Origin: a virus
Taxonomy: Duplodnaviria; Caudoviricetes
DNA: 24,687 nucleotides
IMG/VR virus record: IMGVR_UViG_3300037760_000047
Location: 1 to 24,687 of that record
Strand: one strand, 5' to 3'
Shown here: positions 1 to 7,847 of the stretch, piece by piece
How positions within the stretch are numbered: the first letter of the stretch is position 1
Layout of the letters: every line of letters begins with the position of its first letter
Notes under the pieces: generated by a model
Database searches by the model: none
What the model saw: only the letters and a program-made list of their open reading frames with translations
Told to the model about the DNA's origin: nothing
Position numbers and translations under genes: made by a program

Positions 1-1503
1 TGTCAAGATCTCTCTCCCCTAGATCATCCCGACGACTACGAGATCCGGCCTGAGCTGGCGTGGAACCCGGACGTGCTGGCCCGGTACCCGTGGCTGGTGG
101 AGTTCTGCGAGGTGCCGGAGGATGCGGCGCCGCCGTTGGCGATGTCGCCGCCGCCGGCCGATGCGGTGGGGTCGTATGGCGCTGATTCGATCGGGTGGAT
201 CGAGCGGACGCAGCGGATCAGGCTTCGGTGGTGGCAGCGGTTGGCGATCACTCGCCAGTTGGAGCACCGCGAGGACGGAACGTTGTGTCACCGGTCGGTG
301 GTGGAGTCGACGCCGCGCCGGGCCGGCAAGTCGGTGCGGATCCGGGGGATGGCGTTGTGGCGGCTGGACAACGCGGAGCTGTTCGGCGAGACGCAGACCT
401 TGATCCACACCGGTAGCGATGTGGCGATCTGCCGGGAGATTCAGCGGGCCGCGTGGCGCTGGGCTGAGCAGACCGCCGGCTGGACAGTGTCGCGGGCGAA
501 CGGCAAGGAGGCTGTGGAGACGCCGGACGGCGACCGCTGGCTGGTGCGGGCGCAGCGGGCGGTGTACGGCTATGACGTGTGTTTCGGCATCGTCGATGAG
601 GGTTGGGATGTGGCGCCGGACACGGTGTCGGAGGGCTTGGAGCCGGCGATGCTGGAGCGGTTGTCGCCGCAGTTGCATTTGACGTCGACGGCGCATCGCC
701 GGGCTACGTCGCTGATGCGGTCTTCGTTGTTGGTGGCGTTGTCGACCGATGACCCGGAGACGCTGCTGCTGCTGTGGGGGGCGCGTCCTGGGTGTGACCC
801 GGCGGACCCGGAGGTGTGGCGGGCGGCGTCGCCGTACTGGTCGGAGGACCGGCGGAAGATGATCGCCTCAAAGTATGAAAAAGCGCTGGCCGGGGAGGAC
901 GACCCGGAGTTGGACGACCCGGACCCGATGCGCGGGTTCGAGGCGCAGTATCTGAACGTTTGGCGGTTGAAGGAGCCGCGAACCGACGGTGATCCGGTCA
1001 TATCCGAGCAAGATTGGGCGGCCCTGATCGACGATGTTCCGGCAGGCGTGGTTCCTGACGCGGTCGCGGTCGAGGATTGGTTCGGCGAGGGCGTTAGCGT
1101 GGCGCTGGCGTGGCGTGTGGGCGATCGGGCTGCGGTGAGCGTGTCGTCGCATGAGGATCTGGCCGCCGCGGCTGAGGCTGTCCGCGAGTCGGGGTTCACG
1201 CGGGATGTCCTGGTGGGCGCGTCGATCGCCTTGGACCCGGCGTGGCAGACCGAGCAGATCCGTACGTCGCCGCGTAAGGGCGCGGTGCGCGCCGCGGTGG
1301 AGGATCTGGATCGGCTGCTTGCCGATGGTGTTCTGGCGCATGATGGCGGTGCTGAGTTGACCGCGCAGGTGCTGGCTTTGCGCACGGCGCCCGGCGTTGA
1401 CGGGCCGCGGGTCCGTTCGACGACACCGGCCGATGCGGTGAAGGCTGCGACACGGGCTGCGGTCGCAGCGCGTGCGGCCTCAAGAGTTCCGGCGATCTTC
1501 TAG
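1..1503 (+). CDS. terL: Phage terminase large subunit (probably 5'-partial; first in-window start is GTG at 73)
   Basis: Walker A-like STPRRAGKS, Walker B FGIVDEGW, motif III-like LTSTA, FEAQYLN linker, C-terminal ADAVKAA. Frame +1 is open from base 1 (CQDLSPLDHPDDYEIRPELAWNPD) and there is no clear RBS before 73. Confidence 0.9.
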   Translation, partial: CQDLSPLDHPDDYEIRPELAWNPDVLARYPWLVEFCEVPEDAAPPLAMSPPPADAVGSYGADSIGWIERTQRIRLRWWQRLAITRQLEHREDGTLCHRSVVESTPRRAGKSVRIRGMALWRLDNAELFGETQTLIHTGSDVAICREIQRAAWRWAEQTAGWTVSRANGKEAVETPDGDRWLVRAQRAVYGYDVCFGIVDEGWDVAPDTVSEGLEPAMLERLSPQLHLTSTAHRRATSLMRSSLLVALSTDDPETLLLLWGARPGCDPADPEVWRAASPYWSEDRRKMIASKYEKALAGEDDPELDDPDPMRGFEAQYLNVWRLKEPRTDGDPVISEQDWAALIDDVPAGVVPDAVAVEDWFGEGVSVALAWRVGDRAAVSVSSHEDLAAAAEAVRESGFTRDVLVGASIALDPAWQTEQIRTSPRKGAVRAAVEDLDRLLADGVLAHDGGAELTAQVLALRTAPGVDGPRVRSTTPADAVKAATRAAVAARAASRVPAIF

Positions 1504-1515
1504 GAAGGGTGGGAC

Positions 1516-2754
1516 ATGAGCTTCTGGACATGGCTCACCGGGGCCGGTGCGACTGAGAACGACACGGTGGGCGACCCGCCGTCGGTGGGGCCTGCGTACT
1601 CGCCGGGCGACCCGGACGGGTTCGAGTTCGAGGCGGCCACGCCGAGCAACAACCGGATGGCGGCGATCGTGACGTCGCCGTGGGACGGCTGGCCGGCGAA
1701 CTGGTCGACTCCGACGTGGAACAACCTGGGGTCGAAGTTCGACGATCTGGTGGACACGGCGTGGGCGGCGCTGGATCTGAACTCCTCGGTGCTCTCGACG
1801 ATGCCGGTGTACCGGACCCGTGACGGTCAGGTGCTGCCGCCGACGACGTGGATGATGAACCCGGACCCGATGATCTACACGTCGTGGCATGAGTTCGCCC
1901 GCCAACTGTTCTGGGACTACCAGCTCGGCGAGGCGTTCGTGCTGCCGATGGCCCGCACCGCGGACAACATGCCGTACAACTTCCGGGTGATCCCGCAGTG
2001 GCTGATCAATGTGGAGATGGCCGGTGGGCGGCGGGTGTACAACCTGGGCACGCTGGACATCACCGAGGACGTGCTGCACATCCGGTACAAGTCCACGACA
2101 GACGGCGCGCGTGGCGTAGGTCCGTTGGAGTCGGGAAAGACGCGGCTGGTCGCGGCCGGCGTGCTGGCTCGGTACGCGACGGAGATCGCGCAGGGTGGCG
2201 GCATCCCGAAGTATGTGCTCGAGGTGGAGCAGCAGCTGACCAGGGCCCAGGCGGACGAGGTGCTGGATCAGTGGTGGGCGTCGCGGATGCAGAACATGGG
2301 CGAGCCGTGGAAACCTGCGGTGTTGTCCGGTGGGGTGAAGGCGAACCCACTGCAGCTTTCGCCGCAGGAGATGGCGTTGCTGGATCTGGCGAAGTACAAC
2401 GAGGCGCGGATCTCGAACCTGCTGGGTGTGCCGCCGTTCCTGCTGGGCCTGCCGTCTGGTGACGATTCGATGACGTACAGCAATGTGACGAGCCTGTTCG
2501 ACTTCCACGACCGGCGGTGCTTGAAGCCGGCGGCGGTGCATGTGATGTCGGCGTTGTCGGGTTGGGCGTTGCCGCGTGGTCAGGCGGCTGAGTTGAACCG
2601 GGACGAGTATTCGCGGCCGACGTTCAAGGAGCGGGCCGAGGCTTACGAGAAGTTGGCAGGTATCGGCGTGCTGTCCAGTGAGGAGATCCGGACCATGGAG
2701 CGCTTCATCGGTACAGAGTCGGCCGAGGCGCTGACAGGAGGTGGCCGGTCGTGA
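1516..2754 (+). CDS. Phage portal protein (HK97-like)
   Basis: 412 aa directly after terL. Portal-type motifs LGEAFV, VLHIRY...GVGPLE, ARISNLLGVPPFLLG, TYSN, LSSEEIR. Purine-rich RBS upstream. Confidence 0.92.
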   Translation: MSFWTWLTGAGATENDTVGDPPSVGPAYSPGDPDGFEFEAATPSNNRMAAIVTSPWDGWPANWSTPTWNNLGSKFDDLVDTAWAALDLNSSVLSTMPVYRTRDGQVLPPTTWMMNPDPMIYTSWHEFARQLFWDYQLGEAFVLPMARTADNMPYNFRVIPQWLINVEMAGGRRVYNLGTLDITEDVLHIRYKSTTDGARGVGPLESGKTRLVAAGVLARYATEIAQGGGIPKYVLEVEQQLTRAQADEVLDQWWASRMQNMGEPWKPAVLSGGVKANPLQLSPQEMALLDLAKYNEARISNLLGVPPFLLGLPSGDDSMTYSNVTSLFDFHDRRCLKPAAVHVMSALSGWALPRGQAAELNRDEYSRPTFKERAEAYEKLAGIGVLSSEEIRTMERFIGTESAEALTGGGRS

Positions 2755-3371
2755 CAATCGAAACCGGACTGCAGGTACCGCCGGATACGCCACTAGAGTC
2801 TCGCGAGTCGGTTCTTGCTGGGGTGAACTTCAAGCAGCGGCTAATCGACCTGCTGGCGGTTCCGTACGATCAAGAAGCCGATATCGAATACCGCGGGGAG
2901 TTCTGGCGTGAAAAGTTCTCCCGCGGAGCCTTCGACGGAATCGAAGATCATGCTGGCAGAGTACGAGTGAACCGTGGTCATAACAGGGATCGCACCATAG
3001 GCAAGGTCGTCCAGTTCCTGCCATCCCATGAGGATGGATTGATGTCCCGGGTGCGGATTGCCTCCACGCCACTGGGTGATGAGACCTTGGCGTTGGCGGA
3101 CGAGGACATGCTGAGCCCCTCGATCACGTTTGCTGTGCGCGGCAGGGACCAGCTGCTTGACCGGCGAAGCCGGGTTCGTGTAATCAACAGGGCGTTCATC
3201 GATCACATCGCGATGGTGGAAGATCCCGCATACAAAGGCGCAAAGGTGTTGGCAGTCCGAGAGGGATTGCCTGCGCAGCCAGTGTCTGGTGAGCCACTGG
3301 TGACGCTGGCGCTGGACGAGTACTTGGGCGACGACATCCTGTCGTGGGCCAAGGCCCGTCTCGGCAAGTAA
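2751..3371 (+). CDS. HK97-family prohead (capsid maturation) protease
   Basis: EKFSRGAF, catalytic-His motif GHNRDRTIG, Ser motif LSPSITF, HIAMVEDPAYKGAKVLAVR. Lies between portal and capsid; GTGA overlap with portal; GGAGG RBS. Confidence 0.9.
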   Translation: MTIETGLQVPPDTPLESRESVLAGVNFKQRLIDLLAVPYDQEADIEYRGEFWREKFSRGAFDGIEDHAGRVRVNRGHNRDRTIGKVVQFLPSHEDGLMSRVRIASTPLGDETLALADEDMLSPSITFAVRGRDQLLDRRSRVRVINRAFIDHIAMVEDPAYKGAKVLAVREGLPAQPVSGEPLVTLALDEYLGDDILSWAKARLGK

Positions 3372-3477
3372 CACGCACGACCACCACCCCGGAGAGCGGG
3401 GTAGGCACGACCACCCGGTGCGCGGGTGTGCTCGGCGGCGTGCTCCTTCGTCACATCTCTTAGAAGGAGTACCCCCA
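3372..3477 (+). promoter_or_regulatory. Structured leader of the major capsid gene (two hairpins plus an SD-sequestering stem)
   Basis: Hairpins ACCCCG-GAGAG-CGGGGT (3386-3402) and CACCCG-GTGCG-CGGGTG (3412-3428), each preceded by GCACGACC. GTGCTCCTTC (3440-3449) can pair with GAAGGAGTAC (3463-3472), which contains the RBS. Confidence 0.55.
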
Positions 3478-4713
3478 ATGGGTATCAATTCCCAAGCCAA
3501 CGACGCCATGATTCGGCGTCTCGAGAAGGAGTTGGAGGAGCGCAACGCGTTCGTCCAAGGTCTGATCGCCAATGTTCAGGACGCCGAGCGTGACCTGAAC
3601 GACACAGAGAAGGCCAGTCTGGCCGAAGCTCGCAGCCGAATGGGTGCGATCAAGGAGCAGGTCGACGAGCTCGAAGAGACTGCCCGCATCGCGCAGGACA
3701 TCGCGTCCCGCGCCAAGGCGGTAGACCAGGCCATCACCACGGCCCGCCGCACCGGCGAGGCCGGCCCGGTCGAGTACCGGTCGGCCGGTCACTGGATGGT
3801 GGATCTGATCTCGGCGGCCAGTGGCAGCCGGGACGCCCGCGAGCGTCTGGAGCTGTACGAGCGGGCCGCGGATCACCAGAAGACCGGCGACAACCTGGGC
3901 ATCGTGCCGGACCCGATCGTCGGCGAGGTCGTCAACTTCATCGACGCGGCACGGCCGATCGTCTCGTTCGTGGGGCCACGGAACATGCCGTCGGCGACGT
4001 GGCACCGCCCGAAGGTGACACAGAGCACCGTAGTGGGCGTGCAGGGCACGGCCGGTGAGGCTGCGGATGAGAAGGCCGAGCTGCTGTCGCAGAAGATGAC
4101 GATCACACGTCTGACCGGTAACGCGATCACCTACGGCGGCTACGTGAACGTGTCGCGGCAGAACATCGACTTCTCTTCGCCGAGTGCGCTGGATGCGGTC
4201 ATCAACGACCTGGCGGCGCAGTACGCGATCGAGACCGAGGCTGCGATTGCCGCCGAGTTGGCGGCGACCGGCACGACCGCTGTCGGTTACGGCGCCACGC
4301 CGTCCAACGATGACGTTGCCGCTGCGGTGTGGGAGGCGGCTGCGACCGTCTACGCTGCGGTGAAGGGTCAGGGTCGGCTGCTGCTGGCGGTGGCTCCAGA
4401 CACGCTTGGCGTGTTCGGGCCGCTGTTCGCCCCGGTGAACCCGCAGAACGCACAGTCGGCCGGCTTCACCGCCGGTCAGTTCGCCCAGGGCATCATGGGC
4501 TCGATCTCGGGTGTGCCGGTGGCCATGTCGGCCGGGCTCGCGTCGGGTGAGGCGTTCATGTTCTCCACTGCGGCGATCGAGGCGTACGAGCAGCGGGTCG
4601 GCGCCTTGCAGGCCATCGAGCCGTCGGTGCTGGGCACCCAGGTGGCGTACGCGGGCTACTTTACGCCGCTGACCATCGAGGACGGCGGCATCGTGCCGCT
4701 GACGGCGACCTGA
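3478..4713 (+). CDS. Major capsid protein (HK97 fold, N-terminal coiled-coil scaffold/delta domain)
   Basis: ATG 3478 follows the AGAAGGAG RBS and is preferred over the track's GTG 3418. Helical N-terminus (RDLNDTEK), GIVPDPIVGEVVNFIDAARP, YGGYVNVSRQNIDFS. Confidence 0.92.
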   Translation: MGINSQANDAMIRRLEKELEERNAFVQGLIANVQDAERDLNDTEKASLAEARSRMGAIKEQVDELEETARIAQDIASRAKAVDQAITTARRTGEAGPVEYRSAGHWMVDLISAASGSRDARERLELYERAADHQKTGDNLGIVPDPIVGEVVNFIDAARPIVSFVGPRNMPSATWHRPKVTQSTVVGVQGTAGEAADEKAELLSQKMTITRLTGNAITYGGYVNVSRQNIDFSSPSALDAVINDLAAQYAIETEAAIAAELAATGTTAVGYGATPSNDDVAAAVWEAAATVYAAVKGQGRLLLAVAPDTLGVFGPLFAPVNPQNAQSAGFTAGQFAQGIMGSISGVPVAMSAGLASGEAFMFSTAAIEAYEQRVGALQAIEPSVLGTQVAYAGYFTPLTIEDGGIVPLTAT

Positions 4714-4970
4714 TGTTTGTTCGTAACGGCAGCAAGGTCGGTTCGGTGCTGGTTGACCGAGAGGTTGAGGCCAGCGCCGAACCGGAGCCTGAACCGCAGT
4801 CTGAGCCTGAGCAGCGGGACGACGGTGTCCACAGTGTCGGCGGCGGCTGGCACGAGGTGGTCATCGGCGGCGAAGTGATCGACAAGGTCCGCGGCGCCGA
4901 CGCTGCGAAGGAAGCCTTCGAGGCATACCAGGAATCAGAACCGACCGAGGAGGCCGACGATGGCGACTAG
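4713..4970 (+). CDS. Small acidic phage protein after capsid gene (hypothetical)
   Basis: TGATG-coupled to capsid. 85 aa with an EPEPEP linker and a C-terminal HSVGGGWHEV...DKVRG module. Confidence 0.7.
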   Translation: MFVRNGSKVGSVLVDREVEASAEPEPEPQSEPEQRDDGVHSVGGGWHEVVIGGEVIDKVRGADAAKEAFEAYQESEPTEEADDGD

Positions 4971-5106
4971 CACCCACACCCACGACTACCTGGGCCGGGA
5001 GTTGCAGAACGATACTCCCGGCACGACGGATCCGGTGCTGGACTACCTGGGCCGCGAGACCACGGCGACGGCCGATTACATCGGCCGCGCGCTCGTCACG
5101 CCGTAG
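4960..5106 (+). CDS. 48-aa microprotein with three DY(L/I)GR repeats (absent from ORF track)
   Basis: GAGGAGG RBS before ATG 4960. Translation MATSTHTHDYLGRELQNDTPGTTDPVLDYLGRETTATADYIGRALVTP*. Fills the gap up to the next gene at 5113. Confidence 0.8.
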   Translation: MATSTHTHDYLGRELQNDTPGTTDPVLDYLGRETTATADYIGRALVTP

Positions 5107-5112
5107 GTACTG

Positions 5113-5664
5113 ATGGCTACGCCGACCGTGACCGAGGCGCGGGCGTTCTCGAACGTGGAGGACGCGGCGATGTTCGCCGAGTTCGGCACGTTTTTCGACG
5201 CCGCGCTGGCTGCTATCAGCCACCGCTGCGGCCCGGTCGGCGGAACCACCTTCACCGAGCAGACCACCGCCCGCTGCGGCACGTTCATCCTCGATGAGCG
5301 GCCCGTGCAGACGCTGACCTCGGTGACGGACTCTGACGGCAATACGGTCGACATCACCGGGGCGAAGATTTCCCGCCGGTCGGCGGTGGTGCGTCTCGCG
5401 TCGTCCATCTATGACGAGCTGGACGTGGTGTACGAGGCCGGCTGGGACCCGTATCCGGACGACCTGGAGAAGGCCGTCTACATCGTGACCGACCACCTGT
5501 GGGAGACCCAGCGCGGCCGGTCTGGGTCGTTCACCCAGATTCACGGCATCGACGACGATGCCCCGGTCGGCGGGGACGCCTCGCACTTCATTCTGCGAGG
5601 GTTCGCACTGCCGCGCCGCGCGATGGAACTGACCCGGCCGTATAACAAGTTCGGGCTGGCCTGA
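5113..5664 (+). CDS. Head-tail connector/adaptor protein
   Basis: Position after capsid; ISHRCGPV, ERPVQTLTSV and VVYEAGWDPYPDDLEKAV...HLWETQRG resemble actinophage adaptor proteins. Confidence 0.75.
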   Translation: MATPTVTEARAFSNVEDAAMFAEFGTFFDAALAAISHRCGPVGGTTFTEQTTARCGTFILDERPVQTLTSVTDSDGNTVDITGAKISRRSAVVRLASSIYDELDVVYEAGWDPYPDDLEKAVYIVTDHLWETQRGRSGSFTQIHGIDDDAPVGGDASHFILRGFALPRRAMELTRPYNKFGLA

Positions 5665-6113
5665 TGCAGCCGGCATCCTTCCGCAGCCACGAGGTCGCGT
5701 TGGAGCTGGTCGGCCTGGCCGAATCGGTGCTGACCGGGGTGACGGTGTTCGACGGGCCGGTGCAATCCAAGCCCAACAGCAAGGAGCTGCTGCTGATCGG
5801 CTGGGCGCCGTTCGTGGACCGGCACGCGGTGGCACGCCGCCGCGACGAGGACCTGGGTGGGCGGATGGTCGAGGATGGCGAGATCGCCTGCTACATCGCG
5901 GTCGGCCACGGCGACACCACGATCGTGCCGGTACGGGAGCGGGCCGCCGAGATCCTGGCCCTGTTGGAAGAGGCGATCCGTGACGACGAGACCGGGCTCG
6001 GTGCGGACGAGGTTTCCATCGGTCCGAACATGACCCTGACCCAGCACCAGGACGCCAACGAGGGCGCCTCGGTGGGGCTGGCGTTCACCGTCTCCTACAT
6101 CGCCTACATCTGA
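5664..6113 (+). CDS. Putative tail terminator/completion protein
   Basis: 149 aa, acidic; VTVFDGP N-terminal motif, central helix (RERAAEILALLEEAIRDD), C-terminal beta strand; in the neck gene block. Confidence 0.6.
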   Translation: MQPASFRSHEVALELVGLAESVLTGVTVFDGPVQSKPNSKELLLIGWAPFVDRHAVARRRDEDLGGRMVEDGEIACYIAVGHGDTTIVPVRERAAEILALLEEAIRDDETGLGADEVSIGPNMTLTQHQDANEGASVGLAFTVSYIAYI

Positions 6114-6529
6114 TGCTGACCATCGACGGGTCGGAGATTATTGCGTTCTCGCTGCAACTGCGGGATGTTCCGAAGGATCTTCGCCCGGAGTTGCGGCGGA
6201 ACATCCTCGACGCGGCTGAAGTGATCGCGGCGTCGGCTCGGGCGAACGCCTCCTGGTCGTCTCGCATCCCTGACGCGATCAGCGCCAGGGTGCGGTTCGG
6301 CACCGGCTCGGCGGTACGCATTGTGGTGAGTGCGAAGAAAGCACCGCATGCGCGGGCGTTCGAGGGTATCGGTCAGCGTGGTGGCACGTTCCGGCATCCG
6401 GTGTTCGGCCGCGACATATGGGTGGAGCAGCAGCAGCGCCCGTTCCTGGTGCCGGCAGTTCGTCAGCACGAGGACCAGGCGGTTCGCGGCGTCCAGTCCG
6501 CCATCGACGCGGTGTTCGCCCGGCTCTAG
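6113..6529 (+). CDS. HK97 gp10-like neck/tail-completion protein
   Basis: Basic 138-aa protein with APHARAFEG and QQRPFLVPAV motifs characteristic of the family. Confidence 0.75.
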   Translation: MLTIDGSEIIAFSLQLRDVPKDLRPELRRNILDAAEVIAASARANASWSSRIPDAISARVRFGTGSAVRIVVSAKKAPHARAFEGIGQRGGTFRHPVFGRDIWVEQQQRPFLVPAVRQHEDQAVRGVQSAIDAVFARL

Positions 6530-6843
6530 AACAGCGCGATGATCGCTCCACCGATCAGCACTACGGCGAAGAACAGCAGTGAGATCCCGAAGATCCCGAA
6601 CACGATCAGGCTGATCCCGAGCTTGTCGCGAGTTTTCGCCTCCGCGGACCCCTTCGGCGCGTGGATCAGATCGCTGATTTCCTTACGCAAGCCCCGCTGT
6701 ATCCGAAGATCAGCAAATTCACGGTGGATTTGAACGATCTCCTTGGTAGTTCGTGCGCTGGCGAGCCGGGTGGCGTAGTCGACTGAACGCTCGGGATCTG
6801 CATCCGGCCTTAGTGGCGGCGTGCGCAGTTCGCGGATGGTCAT
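6526..6843 (-). CDS. Membrane-anchored accessory (moron-like) protein, 105 aa
   Basis: ATG 6843 with AAGAAGG RBS, ATGA-coupled to the Arc gene. C-terminal ~30-residue hydrophobic segment (LGISLIVFGIFGISLLFFAVVLIGGAIIALF). Visibly lower GC than its neighbours. Confidence 0.75.
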   Translation of the reverse strand: MTIRELRTPPLRPDADPERSVDYATRLASARTTKEIVQIHREFADLRIQRGLRKEISDLIHAPKGSAEAKTRDKLGISLIVFGIFGISLLFFAVVLIGGAIIALF

Positions 6844-6980
6844 AATGAACCTTCTTTCGCTGTTATGGCTTCGGCGAGAAGCCACAGGATCTCGGCATTC
6901 AGCGATCGCCGGTCGTTTTCAGCTTGCTCGATGAGCTGTGCATGCAGGTCGTCGGGAAGCCGAACGTGAATGCTCTTCAT
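6840..6980 (-). CDS. Arc-family ribbon-helix-helix DNA-binding protein, 46 aa
   Basis: MKSIHVRLPDDLHAQLIEQAENDRRSLNAEILWLLAEAI matches the Arc/Mnt pattern (xRLPxxL...A...RSLNxEI). It is the C-terminal end of the track's 622-aa shadow ORF. Confidence 0.88.
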   Translation of the reverse strand: MKSIHVRLPDDLHAQLIEQAENDRRSLNAEILWLLAEAITAKEGSL

Positions 6981-7015
6981 AGGACCAGCATAGGACCACA
7001 TTGGGTCCATGTCAA
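6981..7015 (-). promoter_or_regulatory. Sigma70/SigA-type promoter for a leaderless arc transcript, with overlapping GGACC/GGTCC candidate operator repeats
   Basis: Minus strand reads TTGACA-17 nt-TATGCT-6 nt-ATG. Plus strand has CATAGGACCA twice (6978-6987, 6989-6998) and the inverted pair GGACC-6 nt-GGTCC (6993-7008) in the spacer. Confidence 0.82.
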
Positions 7016-7031
7016 CCACGGAGGTCGCAGC

Positions 7032-7235
7032 ATGCCCCGCAGTTTGTCCCGCCGTGTCCGAGTTAGGTATATCGCGACCGGCGCGGAGAAGGACGTTCTG
7101 CGTTCCCAACTGCCGCTGTACGGCTGGGAACGCGTGACCACCTCGAAGAAGAAGAAGCGCCCGCCTGCCGAGGCGGAGACATCCGAGCCCATCGAGCCGG
7201 CCATCCCGCCGGACGAAACCACGAAAGAGGAGTGA
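7032..7235 (+). CDS. Small hypothetical phage protein preceding the major tail gene, 67 aa
   Basis: GGAGG RBS before ATG 7032 (preferred over 6924). Basic N-terminus, GWERV motif, KKKK then an acidic/Pro-rich tail. Confidence 0.65.
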   Translation: MPRSLSRRVRVRYIATGAEKDVLRSQLPLYGWERVTTSKKKKRPPAEAETSEPIEPAIPPDETTKEE

Positions 7236-7238
7236 CCG

Positions 7239-7760
7239 ATGGCCTACGCGCCCGATGCCCTCGGCGGGATCGACGTTGATCGTTTCGCCGTCAAGAAGAA
7301 CCAAGGGTGGCTCTGGATTCCGATCGAGGACATCACCGACGACACCGGCCTCGTCCCGACCGAGGCGGAGGTCAACCTCGGTCAGGATCTGACGTGTGCG
7401 ATCGAGGGCCTGAACGGGTTCTCCGGTTCGCCGCGGTTCGCCGAACTGCAGGACCTGTGCTCCGACGTCGACGGCAAGGTGCCCGACGGCGTGTCCCTGG
7501 ACGATAGCTCGATCTCGTTCTACCTCGCCAAGAGCGCCGTCGACGCGCTGAGCTTCTTCACCCGCGGCGACGAGGGCGTCATCTACCACTGCCCGTACGG
7601 CAACTTCCAGGACGGCACGGCGGCCGAGAAGCCCGCCTGGGCGTGGAAGTCCGTGGTGTCGTTCGTCTCCCCGACCGTCGCCACTGCCGGCGGCGCGATG
7701 GGGAACGTCGCCTACGGCGTGGTGGCGCTGCGTGAGGTGACCCTGCCGGCCGAGGCGTAA
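7239..7760 (+). CDS. Major tail (tube) protein
   Basis: 173 aa, acidic, GAGGAG RBS. PTEAEVNLGQDLTCAI...GFSG...DLCS...KVPD resembles actinophage tail tube proteins; followed by chaperones and tape measure. Confidence 0.82.
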   Translation: MAYAPDALGGIDVDRFAVKKNQGWLWIPIEDITDDTGLVPTEAEVNLGQDLTCAIEGLNGFSGSPRFAELQDLCSDVDGKVPDGVSLDDSSISFYLAKSAVDALSFFTRGDEGVIYHCPYGNFQDGTAAEKPAWAWKSVVSFVSPTVATAGGAMGNVAYGVVALREVTLPAEA

Positions 7761-7769
7761 TCCCCTGAC

Positions 7770-7842
7770 CCGCCCCGGCCGGATTCCTCGGATGGTCCGG
7801 CCGGGGCGGTTTCGTCCGAACGTCCGAGAACCATCCGAGGAG
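7770..7842 (+). promoter_or_regulatory. 14-bp GC hairpin (terminator-like) whose loop is complementary to the downstream RBS
   Basis: Stem CCGCCCCGGCCGGA (7770-7783)/TCCGGCCGGGGCGG (7796-7809) followed by TTT. Loop TCCTCGGATGG (7785-7795) is the exact reverse complement of CCATCCGAGGA (7831-7841). Confidence 0.7.
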
Positions 7843-7847
7843 TACCC

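Noticed and set aside
1480-2793. 437-aa minus-strand ORF, and similar long antisense ORFs (8378-9685, 13858-15213, 16342-17559)
   Set aside because: They mirror well-supported + strand genes, are Arg/Pro/His-rich without motifs, and are expected from stop-codon scarcity in high-GC DNA.
3418-3477. N-terminal extension of the capsid protein from GTG 3418
   Set aside because: No RBS there, while ATG 3478 has a strong SD; the region is better explained as a structured leader.
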